A stretch of 36,675 bases of DNA from Sulfuricurvum sp. (GCA_014764075.1 JACXUE010000001.1:1-36675); one strand, 5' to 3'; positions 10,152-18,873 are shown, counted from the stretch's first letter. Notes: generated by a model not told the origin, from the letters alone. Made by a program: numbers and translations.

Positions 10152-10185
10152 ATTTTATCGATTGTTAGGTTAAAAGAGGTTAAAA
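10152..10185 (-). promoter_or_regulatory. Putative gltB sigma70 promoter with a tandem 9-bp direct repeat over the -35 region
   Basis: TAAAAT on the minus strand at 10152-10157; AGGTTAAAA at both 10167-10175 and 10177-10185. Confidence 0.4.
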
Positions 10186-10225
10186 TTACTCTAACTATGA
10201 AGAATAAAAAAGTAAGCGTGTAGAG

Positions 10226-10231
10226 TAGAAT
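10226..10231 (+). promoter_or_regulatory. -10 box of a probably leaderless recO transcript
   Basis: TAGAAT with 5 nt between it and the ATG (10237); no Shine-Dalgarno sequence. Confidence 0.5.
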
Positions 10232-10236
10232 CAAAA

Positions 10237-10854
10237 ATGCAAGGCTATATCATCAAACTCGCACGATCACGTGAAGAAGACATGATCGTCACTATCATAT
10301 CGGAGGAAAACTTAACAACCCTTTATCGTTTCTACGGAGCGCGTCACTCTCCGATCAATATGGGATTTAAAATTGACTTCGAATCGGAACATTCTCTCAA
10401 ATCTTCCATACCGCGCATGAAAGATGTGATCCATTTGGGATTTAGTTGGATGGGTCAGTATGAACGACTACGACTTTGGCAGCAATTCATCACCCTCTTT
10501 TACCCCCACCTCAAAGATTCCGAATCGATCGGCAGTTTTTATTTCGAACTTCTCAACGACGCATCGGTTCGATGGAAAGAGCAAAATCCCAAACGGGTAG
10601 CGATCGAGTCCTATGTCCGATTGCTCGATTATGAGGGGAGACTCCATCGTGAACTGAACTGTTTTTTTTGCGATCTCCCCATCGAAGAGGATATTTCACT
10701 TATACGTGCTTTTTTACCCGCACATCGCCATTGCTCCCACACTCTTTCTATTAACCAAAAGGGGATTGAATGGCTTTATAGCCACGCTTCAACCCTCTTT
10801 TTGGATGACAAAGAGATTGAACGGCTATGGTGTGTTCTAAATGAGGGATTTTAG
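10237..10854 (+). CDS. recO: Recombination protein RecO (Campylobacterota type)
   Basis: MQGYII...REEDMIV...YRFYGARHS N-terminus, QNPKR...EGRL and CFFC...H.HC zinc motif. Confidence 0.9.
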   Translation: MQGYIIKLARSREEDMIVTIISEENLTTLYRFYGARHSPINMGFKIDFESEHSLKSSIPRMKDVIHLGFSWMGQYERLRLWQQFITLFYPHLKDSESIGSFYFELLNDASVRWKEQNPKRVAIESYVRLLDYEGRLHRELNCFFCDLPIEEDISLIRAFLPAHRHCSHTLSINQKGIEWLYSHASTLFLDDKEIERLWCVLNEGF

Positions 10855-10897
10855 GTACGCTAATTGCTTATTTAAATAACCATTTTAGCAACCGAGA

Positions 10898-11161
10898 ATG
10901 TCTATGCGAATCAATAAAGCAAGCGAAGCGATATTGGCAAAATATACCCCCAAAACCAAACCGAAAATCTCTTTCTCTCTATTCGGTTCACATGTTCACA
11001 AGCCCAAAGGCTCTTCTCTCGAAGAGTTTTACAAAGAGGTCTATGCTCACGGTGCATTGCAAGTTGAGCAAGTTTATAATGATAAAAATGCCAAAGAGAT
11101 CGAATCGATGATGATGAATAACCGTCGTTTGATCGAAGCACAACGCAAACCAAAGCGATAA
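10898..11161 (+). CDS. Hypothetical protein, 87 aa, basic
   Basis: Fills the gap between recO and the ATPase on the same strand, stop 9 nt before the next ATG; no recognised motif. Confidence 0.65.
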   Translation: MSMRINKASEAILAKYTPKTKPKISFSLFGSHVHKPKGSSLEEFYKEVYAHGALQVEQVYNDKNAKEIESMMMNNRRLIEAQRKPKR

Positions 11162-11170
11162 AGGGGTTCC

Positions 11171-12622
11171 ATGTCTGCAGAATACGCTATCGCCAAAGCC
11201 GGTGACGAATATTTAACCCTCCTCCCCTCGATGGCAAATCGTCACGGGCTTATCACCGGTGCAACCGGAACCGGGAAAACGATTACCCTCCAAAAAGTGA
11301 TCGAAACGTTCTCTTCTATGGGAGTCCCCTGTGTTGTCAGCGACATCAAAGGAGACCTTAGCGGAATCGCCTCAAAAGGGGGAAACAATCCCAAAGTAGC
11401 CGAGCGGCTCAATCAGATGGGATTAGAAGCCGCTTATACTGGCTGTCCCGTAACCTTTTGGGATGTATGGGGAGAGCAAGGGCATCGTTTGCGTGCCACC
11501 ATCAGCGATATGGGACCATTGCTCCTCTCTCGTCTTATAGGGCTCAACGAAACCCAAAGCGGCGTTTTGAATTTGGCATTCAAAGTGGCTGACGATGAGG
11601 GGCTTGCTCTGCTTGATCTCAAAGATCTCCGCGCCATGATCCAAAACATCGGAGAACGATCCAAAGAGCTGAGTCTCAACTACGGCAACGTCTCTACCGC
11701 TTCAATCGGAGCTATCCAACGCGCCCTCCTCTCGCTGGAATCTCAGGGGGCGGACCAACTCTTCGGCGAACCGATGCTCAACATTGACGATCTGATCCAA
11801 ACCGTTGATGGCAAAGGGGTGGTCAATCTCCTCGATGCCACCAAACTGATGAATACGCCGAAACTTTACGCCTCTTTGTTGCTATGGATCCTCTCCGAAC
11901 TTTTCGAAACCCTCCCCGAAGCGGGTGATTCCAAAAAGCCGAAACTCCTTTTCTTTTTCGATGAAGCGCATTTACTTTTCAATGATGCACCCGATGTGTT
12001 GATCAAAAAAATCGAACAGGTTGTCCGTCTGATCCGATCCAAAGGGGTCGGGATCTATTTCATCACCCAGCATCCCAACGATATCCCCGAAAAAATAGCG
12101 GCGCAGCTGGGGAACCGAATCGCACATGCCCTCCGTGCCTTCACCCCAAAAGATCAGCAAGCGGTTCGTGCCGCCGCTGAAACAATGCGGGATAATGAAG
12201 AATTTGATGAAAAAACGGCATTGATGGAACTCGGTGTCGGCGAGGCTCTCGTATCCTTATTAGATGACAAAGGTGCCCCCAGCATCACTCAACGCGCCCT
12301 TATTATCCCTCCGTTATCCCATATCGGACCCATTACAGCCGAGGAACGTCAAGAGCTCATGGGTGCATCGATCGTCGGCGATACCTATGATCAGAGTATT
12401 GATAGCCTCTCAGCCTATGAACATCTCACCAAACGACTCAAAGAGCAGGCAGCGTACAAAACAAAACAAGAATCCATCAAATCGGAAGAAAAAGTATCCA
12501 AAAGAGAGAGTAACCGCGAAAGTGCCGTCGAAGCGCTTGCCAAATCAGCCGCCCGTGCCATCGGTTCTCAGCTGGGACGCGCCATCATTCGGGGCGTTTT
12601 AGGAAGTATTTTCAAAAAATAA
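11171..12622 (+). CDS. DUF853 / YjgR family HerA-FtsK-like ATPase
   Basis: NRHGLITGATGTGKT Walker A, DIKGDLSG, FFFDEAHLLF Walker B, RLIRSKGVG...TQ, QLGNRI.HALRAFTP, C-terminal RGVLGS. Confidence 0.92.
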   Translation: MSAEYAIAKAGDEYLTLLPSMANRHGLITGATGTGKTITLQKVIETFSSMGVPCVVSDIKGDLSGIASKGGNNPKVAERLNQMGLEAAYTGCPVTFWDVWGEQGHRLRATISDMGPLLLSRLIGLNETQSGVLNLAFKVADDEGLALLDLKDLRAMIQNIGERSKELSLNYGNVSTASIGAIQRALLSLESQGADQLFGEPMLNIDDLIQTVDGKGVVNLLDATKLMNTPKLYASLLLWILSELFETLPEAGDSKKPKLLFFFDEAHLLFNDAPDVLIKKIEQVVRLIRSKGVGIYFITQHPNDIPEKIAAQLGNRIAHALRAFTPKDQQAVRAAAETMRDNEEFDEKTALMELGVGEALVSLLDDKGAPSITQRALIIPPLSHIGPITAEERQELMGASIVGDTYDQSIDSLSAYEHLTKRLKEQAAYKTKQESIKSEEKVSKRESNRESAVEALAKSAARAIGSQLGRAIIRGVLGSIFKK

Positions 12623-12623
12623 T

Positions 12624-12644
12624 TGCTGGGCGATCTGCCAAGCA
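12624..12644. terminator. Imperfect hairpin between convergent genes (possible bidirectional terminator)
   Basis: TGCTGGGC-GATCT-GCCAAGCA, 7 of 8 pairs; it fills the whole gap but has no clear U-tract. Confidence 0.35.
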
Positions 12645-13214
12645 TTAGATGCTCACCCGATCTTCGAGAGCTTTAGTGAGTGAGAGGATATCGACGTTTT
12701 CTAAACTCACTCCCGTCGGAACCCCCTGTGCGATACGGCTAAATCGGACATCGCAATCGACTAATTTATCTTCGATGTAAAGCATCACCCCTTGATTGGC
12801 AATTGAGGGTGTAAGGGCAAAAATCACCTCTTTGATCCCGCTTTGGATAATCCCGCGCAGATGAGAGATATCGAGTTCTTCGATAGAGTCTAAAACAAAA
12901 TAACGACCGTCAAAAAGAGCGTTCTCTTCAAACGTCAAAATATCTTTGGCATTTTCAACAATACAGAGGATTTCGTGGTTACGTCGCTCATCGCTGCAAA
13001 TGGAGCAAAGTTCATCTTCACTCAGACCTCCACACGAACGACATTTTTTGAGGCTTGCAATGGCGTTTTCGATCGCATGAGCGAGCTTGAGTGCTCCAAA
13101 ACTGTCATGCATCACCATGTGGTAGGCTAAGCGGGTCGCTGATTTTTGCCCGACGGTGGGGAGTTGCTGAAGGGCATCGACGAGGCGATTAAATTTCTCT
13201 AAGGAACGTTTCAT
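12645..13214 (-). CDS. recR: Recombination protein RecR
   Basis: LPTVGQKSATRLAYH HhH motif, CRSC...CSIC zinc finger, TOPRIM domain EVIFAL...SRIAQGVP. Confidence 0.96.
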   Translation of the reverse strand: MKRSLEKFNRLVDALQQLPTVGQKSATRLAYHMVMHDSFGALKLAHAIENAIASLKKCRSCGGLSEDELCSICSDERRNHEILCIVENAKDILTFEENALFDGRYFVLDSIEELDISHLRGIIQSGIKEVIFALTPSIANQGVMLYIEDKLVDCDVRFSRIAQGVPTGVSLENVDILSLTKALEDRVSI

Positions 13215-13220
13215 AAGCGT

Positions 13221-13229
13221 ATTGTAGCA
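13221..13229 (-). promoter_or_regulatory. Extended -10 promoter of a leaderless recR transcript
   Basis: TGCTACAAT (TGnTACAAT) on the minus strand, 6 nt before the ATG at 13214. Confidence 0.65.
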
Positions 13230-13247
13230 AAGGAAGTATCAAAAATA

Positions 13248-13268
13248 GTTTAGTCATAAACACTCAAT
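13248..13268. promoter_or_regulatory. HAIR-like (HspR) operator upstream of dnaJ
   Basis: GTTTAGT-N7-ACTCAAT versus consensus CTTGAGT-N7-ACTCAAG: 11 of 14 positions with exact spacing. Confidence 0.55.
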
Positions 13269-13290
13269 TAAGCTAACACTCTTTTTCTCA

Positions 13291-13299
13291 TGGTATAAT
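13291..13299 (+). promoter_or_regulatory. Extended -10 promoter of dnaJ
   Basis: TGGTATAAT, followed by a GGAG RBS and the GTG start at 13330. Confidence 0.7.
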
Positions 13300-13329
13300 T
13301 GCGCTCAAAAAACCTTTTGGAGTTATTGC

Positions 13330-14445
13330 GTGGAAGAATTGAGCTATTATGAAATTTTAGAGATCACTAAAAATGCTAGCGTTGACGAAATCAAAAAAGC
13401 GTACCGCAAAATGGCAAAACTCTACCATCCCGACCGTAATCCCGATGATCCCGATGCTGAGCATAAATTCAAACTTTGCAACGAAGCGTATCAGGTTCTC
13501 AGCGATAACCAACAACGCGCTATCTATGACCGCTACGGCAAAGAGGGGCTTCAAGGGGGAGTCGGACGCCGATCAGGCGGAGGATTTGACGATTTGGGAA
13601 GTATTTTTGAGGAGATGTTCAACGGTTTTGCCGGAGGGGGACGTCGCCAATCACGTACACAGAGCGATAAATTTCCGCTCGATATGGGTATTGAGATACG
13701 CGTCAGTTTTAAAGAAGCTGTTTTCGGTTGCGAAAAAGAGGTAACGTTTACAACGAAAAGTTCGTGTAAAACGTGCAAAGGGACTGGGGCTAAAGAGGGT
13801 AAGGTAACCACTTGTAGTCAATGTGGCGGCAAAGGGCAAGTCTACATGCGACAAGGGTTCATGACCTTTTCTCAAACCTGTCCAGTATGTCACGGCGAAG
13901 GGACGATAGCAAGCGAGAAATGTCCGGATTGTAAAGGAAAAAGCTACACCGAGACCAAAGAGAGCGTCAAAGTCAAAATTCCCGCAGGGATCGATTCAGG
14001 CCACCGTCTACGGGTATCGGGACGCGGTAATACCGGAAAAAGTGGTGTGAGAGGCGACCTCTACGTTACGTTCGAGGTCGAAGAGGATAGCCATTTTATC
14101 CGCAACGGCAACGATATCTATCTCGAAGTTCCGGTATTTTTTACCCAAGCGGTTTTGGGTGAAAGCATCACCATCCCATCACTGAGCGGGGAACTCACCC
14201 TCGAACTCGAAACCGGCACCAAAGATACCCAACAATACCGTTTCCGCGGTGAGGGGATCGCCGATGTACACGGCCGCGGTAAAGGTGATCTGATTGCTCA
14301 GATACATCTAACCTATCCCAGTCGCCTTAACAGTGAACAAGAAGAGTTATTGCACAAACTCCAAGAGAGTTTCGGCATAGAATCCAAACCCCACGAATCG
14401 TTGTTTGAATCGGTATTCGAAAAAGTAAAGGGGTGGTTTAAATAA
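13330..14445 (+). CDS. dnaJ: Molecular chaperone DnaJ
   Basis: J domain with HPD, G/F-rich linker, four CxxCxGxG-type repeats, C-terminal substrate-binding domain. Confidence 0.97.
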   Translation: MEELSYYEILEITKNASVDEIKKAYRKMAKLYHPDRNPDDPDAEHKFKLCNEAYQVLSDNQQRAIYDRYGKEGLQGGVGRRSGGGFDDLGSIFEEMFNGFAGGGRRQSRTQSDKFPLDMGIEIRVSFKEAVFGCEKEVTFTTKSSCKTCKGTGAKEGKVTTCSQCGGKGQVYMRQGFMTFSQTCPVCHGEGTIASEKCPDCKGKSYTETKESVKVKIPAGIDSGHRLRVSGRGNTGKSGVRGDLYVTFEVEEDSHFIRNGNDIYLEVPVFFTQAVLGESITIPSLSGELTLELETGTKDTQQYRFRGEGIADVHGRGKGDLIAQIHLTYPSRLNSEQEELLHKLQESFGIESKPHESLFESVFEKVKGWFK

Positions 14446-14455
14446 CCCTCCTCCC

Positions 14456-17400
14456 CTATTTGGTGCTTCGTTTCGGATAGGCCATAGCGATCACAATTGC
14501 AATCACAGCATAGGTCCACGGTACGAAATCGGGAACCGGAACAGGGTCGCCCTTGGCATACGAATGAAGACCCGCCAAATAGTAGTTTACTCCGAAATAG
14601 GTCATCAATACCGAAGTGAACGCCAATAGCGATATGACGCTGAAAATATAGTCGCTATACGCCCCTTTGATAAAGCGCAAATGGATTACGACGGCATAGA
14701 CGAGGATCGTGACCAATGCCCATGTCTCTTTCGGATCCCAGCCCCAGTAACGCCCCCAACTCTCGTTTGCCCACACTCCTCCGAGGAAGTTTCCAACAGT
14801 GAGAAGCACCAATCCGACGATGAGGCTCATTTCGTTGATCGCACTAAGCTCCTTGATCGCAAGATTGAGGCGATCTTTATTATCACTGTTTTTGAGGACA
14901 AACAATATCAATGTAATCATCCCCAATAATGCTCCAAGCCCAAGGAAGCCGTAACTCGCCGTAATCATCGATACGTGAATACTGAGCCAGTAGGACTGGA
15001 GTACTGGAACGAGATTCGTAACCTGCGGATCCATCCAGTTGAGATGGGCGACAAAGAGGATAAGTCCCGTCATAATCGACGTTGCCGCCATCGTCATCAC
15101 TGATCGGCGTGAGAAGATAAATCCTGCCAGTACGCTTGCCCATCCGATATAGATCATCGACTCATAGCCGTTCGACCACGGTGCGTGTCCGGAAATATAC
15201 CAACGCATCCCCAATCCGGCGGTATGAGCGAGAAAGAACAAAACTAATAATCCAAATGATACGTTACTGATCCACTCTGCTCGAAACCCCGATTTGATAA
15301 TTTTAATGAATGACAGAATCAACAGCGTAAACCCGACCACAAAATAGAGCGGCCACAACTGCTCGAAAATATTCGCTTTGTTATAAAGGATTTCAACCTT
15401 TGTTTTCGTCTCATTCGGATAGACGCTAGCCCCCACAAAACGTTGGTATTTCTCGATGCGTCCCAGTGCTTCGTCCGCTTTACTCCAGTCACCGCTTTTC
15501 ATCGCCTCATCGACAGAAGCAAAATAGCCGATCGCCAATAAACGAACCATTTCAGCCTCTTTAGGCTCCATCGTCTGCAACGCTTCAATCGTTGCATCCC
15601 ATTTGTGATTTGTATCGTTCGGTTTCGGCCACATTCGGACCAATGAACCGGTATAAACCATATAGGCAACATTGACCCGTTCATCGACTTGGAGTAAAGC
15701 TTTATCAAATTTATTCCGTTTACCCGGAGCTTTGCGATTGGCTTCATCAACCAACTGAGCCAGTTTATATCCCGCAATTTCATCCGGTACTTCAAAAAAC
15801 TGTGAAAAAGCGGCTGTTTTGGCACTTTCGCTTAGTCCGATCAGTTTATTGATCTCTTTGTCTCCCGTTCGGATGATCGCAATTTCACGCCACGCGTCGG
15901 GTCGTAACATCATTCCCAAAACCACTTGATTGGATGAAAGTCCCATAAACGTATCGTTACGGTTTAGTTTCGCCAATATCTCATGGGTGAGGGTATCCAT
16001 CGGTTTCATTCGTCCGCTGAAATCTTGAACGATCAAATGACCGAATTTATCGGCGTGGGCTCTATCGAATCCCTTTGCTGTTTTGATCACCGGATTTTCG
16101 ACATCTGAAGCCCTCAAATCTCCCTGCATTAAGATGAGCATCATCCCTAAAAATAATGCCGCAGTTTTTTGGGCATTGAGTGATTTGAGTTTTTCATTCA
16201 GTGCGGCAAAACGACCCGTTTTGACAATCAACACCCCAAACATACCGATCGCCAAAAGGAGATAGCCAATATAGGTTATTAACGTCCCCGGATCATGATT
16301 CACCGAGAGGACAGTTCCCCGTTCATCTTGATCAAATGAGGATTGGAAGAATCGATACCCTTGATAATCGAGAATATGGTTCATATAGATCCTAAAATCA
16401 AATTTTTGTTGATGAGCCGGATCGATAACACTCACTTCGCTTGCATACGATGAAGGCGACATAGAACCCGGATAACGCTCAAGTTCGAAATCGCGCAATC
16501 CGATTGCAAACGGAAGTTTTCGCTCGATCGAACCGTACGATACGTCAACACGCATGTCACCTAACACAATTTTTTGGCTCTCTCCCACTTCACCCACGGA
16601 GCCCAATACAACAGTACTCGCTTTTTTATCACCGCTTGTTAAAGTGAGATTCAACGCATCTTGTCCCCCTTGCTGCATCATCGGACCTTTTTTCTCTTTG
16701 GTTGACGCCGATACTAGTTTCATCGATGCTTTCGGGAAAAATTCACGCAATACAAATCCGCTTTGGGTGCTTTGAAACAGCGTTCGAGTAGTCATTTCAT
16801 GCTTTCCAGCACTGAGAGTCGAACTTTGCTGAGTATCCATACTTAGTGTTCCCAATACCATAGGGGCACTTAAATAGGCTTTTTTTCCTTCTACACTGAT
16901 AGCGATGACCGGTTTGTCAAACGTTTTGTTCGAATCAAAATCGATGACAACATCGTTGGCTTCAACAAATTCTCCACGTTTTAAAGAGACCTGCTGCGCT
17001 CCCCCTGCTCCGGTTACCATCAGATTAAAGAGGGGCTCTCCTTTAGGATCGGCAACCGCTTCATAACGAGCATCTCCCATGTAACTGTCGAGTTTCACAT
17101 GGATTGGCTCTCCCTCTACCTCCAACGTCCGTTCAAATGAGTTTGACGAGCGTTTGGAGAGGAAAAGTTGCTCTTTAAAATCATAGGATTTATCACCCTT
17201 TACCACTTTAAAAGATACATAAGGTTCGGCGCTCACGATCACATCGCTGCTCTCGCCCTCACGGATATGCATCATCCCCTCATAACCCATATACCGCGTA
17301 ATCGCCGCACCCACGAGGATAATCAAAAAAGCGACGTGAAAAATGAAAACGAGCCATTTCCCGTTACGCGCCATTTTAAAATTGATGATATTAAGGATCA

Positions 17401-17581
17401 AATTTATAGCCAAAAATCCAAGCAGTATTTCAAACCAACGTGCATTGTAAATATCGGCTTTGGCCGTCATAGAGCCGTAATCGTTTTCGATAAATGTCGC
17501 GTATCCGATAGCAATGGCAAACACAAGCATAAGGGCTGCCATCGTTTTCATGGAGCCGAACAGTGAGAGAGCTTTATTCAT
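14456..17581 (-). CDS. ccsA: Fused system II cytochrome c synthetase (CcsBA / ResBC type)
   Basis: N-terminal ResB-like TM region with conserved His, large periplasmic domain, HAPWSNGYE, LQSYWLSIHVS and WWD motif WANESWGRYWGWDPKETW. Confidence 0.95.
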   Translation of the reverse strand: MNKALSLFGSMKTMAALMLVFAIAIGYATFIENDYGSMTAKADIYNARWFEILLGFLAINLILNIINFKMARNGKWLVFIFHVAFLIILVGAAITRYMGYEGMMHIREGESSDVIVSAEPYVSFKVVKGDKSYDFKEQLFLSKRSSNSFERTLEVEGEPIHVKLDSYMGDARYEAVADPKGEPLFNLMVTGAGGAQQVSLKRGEFVEANDVVIDFDSNKTFDKPVIAISVEGKKAYLSAPMVLGTLSMDTQQSSTLSAGKHEMTTRTLFQSTQSGFVLREFFPKASMKLVSASTKEKKGPMMQQGGQDALNLTLTSGDKKASTVVLGSVGEVGESQKIVLGDMRVDVSYGSIERKLPFAIGLRDFELERYPGSMSPSSYASEVSVIDPAHQQKFDFRIYMNHILDYQGYRFFQSSFDQDERGTVLSVNHDPGTLITYIGYLLLAIGMFGVLIVKTGRFAALNEKLKSLNAQKTAALFLGMMLILMQGDLRASDVENPVIKTAKGFDRAHADKFGHLIVQDFSGRMKPMDTLTHEILAKLNRNDTFMGLSSNQVVLGMMLRPDAWREIAIIRTGDKEINKLIGLSESAKTAAFSQFFEVPDEIAGYKLAQLVDEANRKAPGKRNKFDKALLQVDERVNVAYMVYTGSLVRMWPKPNDTNHKWDATIEALQTMEPKEAEMVRLLAIGYFASVDEAMKSGDWSKADEALGRIEKYQRFVGASVYPNETKTKVEILYNKANIFEQLWPLYFVVGFTLLILSFIKIIKSGFRAEWISNVSFGLLVLFFLAHTAGLGMRWYISGHAPWSNGYESMIYIGWASVLAGFIFSRRSVMTMAATSIMTGLILFVAHLNWMDPQVTNLVPVLQSYWLSIHVSMITASYGFLGLGALLGMITLILFVLKNSDNKDRLNLAIKELSAINEMSLIVGLVLLTVGNFLGGVWANESWGRYWGWDPKETWALVTILVYAVVIHLRFIKGAYSDYIFSVISLLAFTSVLMTYFGVNYYLAGLHSYAKGDPVPVPDFVPWTYAVIAIVIAMAYPKRSTK

Positions 17582-17634
17582 GAGGTACCTATGTGAAAAA
17601 TATTTGGTATTGTAGTGAGTCTTGGGTAAATATT

Positions 17635-17653
17635 TGTTAATATATTATTAACA
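17635..17653. promoter_or_regulatory. Perfect 8-bp palindrome upstream of ccsBA (putative regulator site)
   Basis: TGTTAATA-TAT-TATTAACA, next to the expected -35 of a minus-strand TACAAT at 17609-17614. Confidence 0.45.
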
Positions 17654-18002
17654 GTTAGACCCCTTCACGTAACATGAAGCATCATGCCTATGATTTGTTT
17701 TTTTGATTTGTAACTGTCCGAGTGCGTCCACCGTACGCAAGCGGAAAACTTCTTTATCTCTTTTGATCATCAGATGACGAACAACAAGAGGGTGAGAAAT
17801 TACAAGGAAAGAAGATCGAGTTTGGTTTAAAGAAGTTCCTTTGCGCTACCTTTTCAAGGGAAAAACAGTGATAATTATGTGAGATTTAATGCGTAGTGTA
17901 TAATTCATATAAGATAAGTATTATTAATATTTAAAAAGCATTAGGGTTTACATGGGTACACTTTCGAATGATACAAAAATATTATAATTAACGAAGGAGT
18001 TA

Positions 18003-18080
18003 ATGATGGCGCTATCAAGAAGAGATGGGCGTAATGAAAAAAAGTGTTTTCTGTACCCATCAACACTCTTGCACACTTAA
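18003..18080 (+). pseudogene. Orphan 5' stub of a probable Tat-exported protein gene (MMALSRRD..., 25 codons)
   Basis: AAGGAG RBS at 17994-17999, TATAAT at 17899-17904 and 17983-17988. Reads MMALSRRDGRNEKKCFLYPSTLLHT*: it begins like S-R-R-x-F-L-K but lacks FLK and the hydrophobic region. Confidence 0.5.
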
Positions 18081-18278
18081 AAAATAGCAAAATTGAAGTT
18101 TTTAGAGGGTCTATGGGCTAAAATAATCGAAAACAGATGCCTAAGAGAAATTGTTCAACTAAAATTACGGTATCTATTCTGATTTGAGGACCATTTCGGG
18201 TTTAGATTTGCAAGTGGCTCAAAGGTATAAATAATAAACGCTATTATGCTAAAATTGAACTAAAAAAAGAGCAACTTT

Positions 18279-18872
18279 ATGGAAATTCTAAAGCGCCCGA
18301 TGGGCGATTATCAAACCAACTGCTATATCGTTAAAATGGACGATAAAGAGATCATCATCGATCCGGGGATGGGGGCAACCGAATGGATTATAGCAAATGT
18401 CCAAAATCCGATCGCGATACTCAATACCCACGGTCATTTCGACCATGTTTGGAGCAACAGCGAACTCCAAAAAAGGCTAAATATTCCCCTATACTCTCCC
18501 AAAGGGGATGTGATGCTGCTCCAAAGCAGTGGCTGGATGCCGGGGCTTCCCCCCTCTACACCCGATATCGAGGTTGAAGGGGATCAAACCTTTGAGATCG
18601 GCGGTATCGAAGTCAAATTCCACCATTTTCCTGGACATTGCCCAGGGTGTTCAATGATCGAGATCGGCGATGCGGTCTTTAGCGGGGATTTTTTATTTGA
18701 AGGGTCGATCGGGCGATGGGATTTCCCCTACTCCGATGCTGAGGCAATGCGTCAAAGTTTAAAGAAGTTTTCGACATGGAGAGAGGACAAAGCTCTCTAT
18801 CCGGGGCACGGCAATCCCACCAGTGTCGGAAAAGAGCTTCGAAATGTCGACTACTGGCTCAGAGTCGTCTGA
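18279..18872 (+). CDS. MBL-fold metallo-hydrolase (glyoxalase II / YcbL-like)
   Basis: THGHFDH, PGHCPG, FSGDFLF, YPGHG; extended -10 TGCTAAAAT at 18247-18255. Confidence 0.92.
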   Translation: MEILKRPMGDYQTNCYIVKMDDKEIIIDPGMGATEWIIANVQNPIAILNTHGHFDHVWSNSELQKRLNIPLYSPKGDVMLLQSSGWMPGLPPSTPDIEVEGDQTFEIGGIEVKFHHFPGHCPGCSMIEIGDAVFSGDFLFEGSIGRWDFPYSDAEAMRQSLKKFSTWREDKALYPGHGNPTSVGKELRNVDYWLRVV

Positions 18873-18873
18873 T

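Noticed and set aside
11171-12622. HerA-based anti-phage system
   Set aside because: The protein matches the widespread DUF853/YjgR family and has no adjacent Sir2, nuclease or DUF4297-type effector.
14428-14458. Terminator between dnaJ and ccsBA
   Set aside because: Only a weak, bulged GGTT/AACC stem inside coding sequence; not enough support.
17582-18278. CRISPR array, tRNA, intact IS or replication origin in the long AT-rich gap
   Set aside because: No regularly spaced repeats, cloverleaf, transposase ORF or clustered DnaA boxes were seen.
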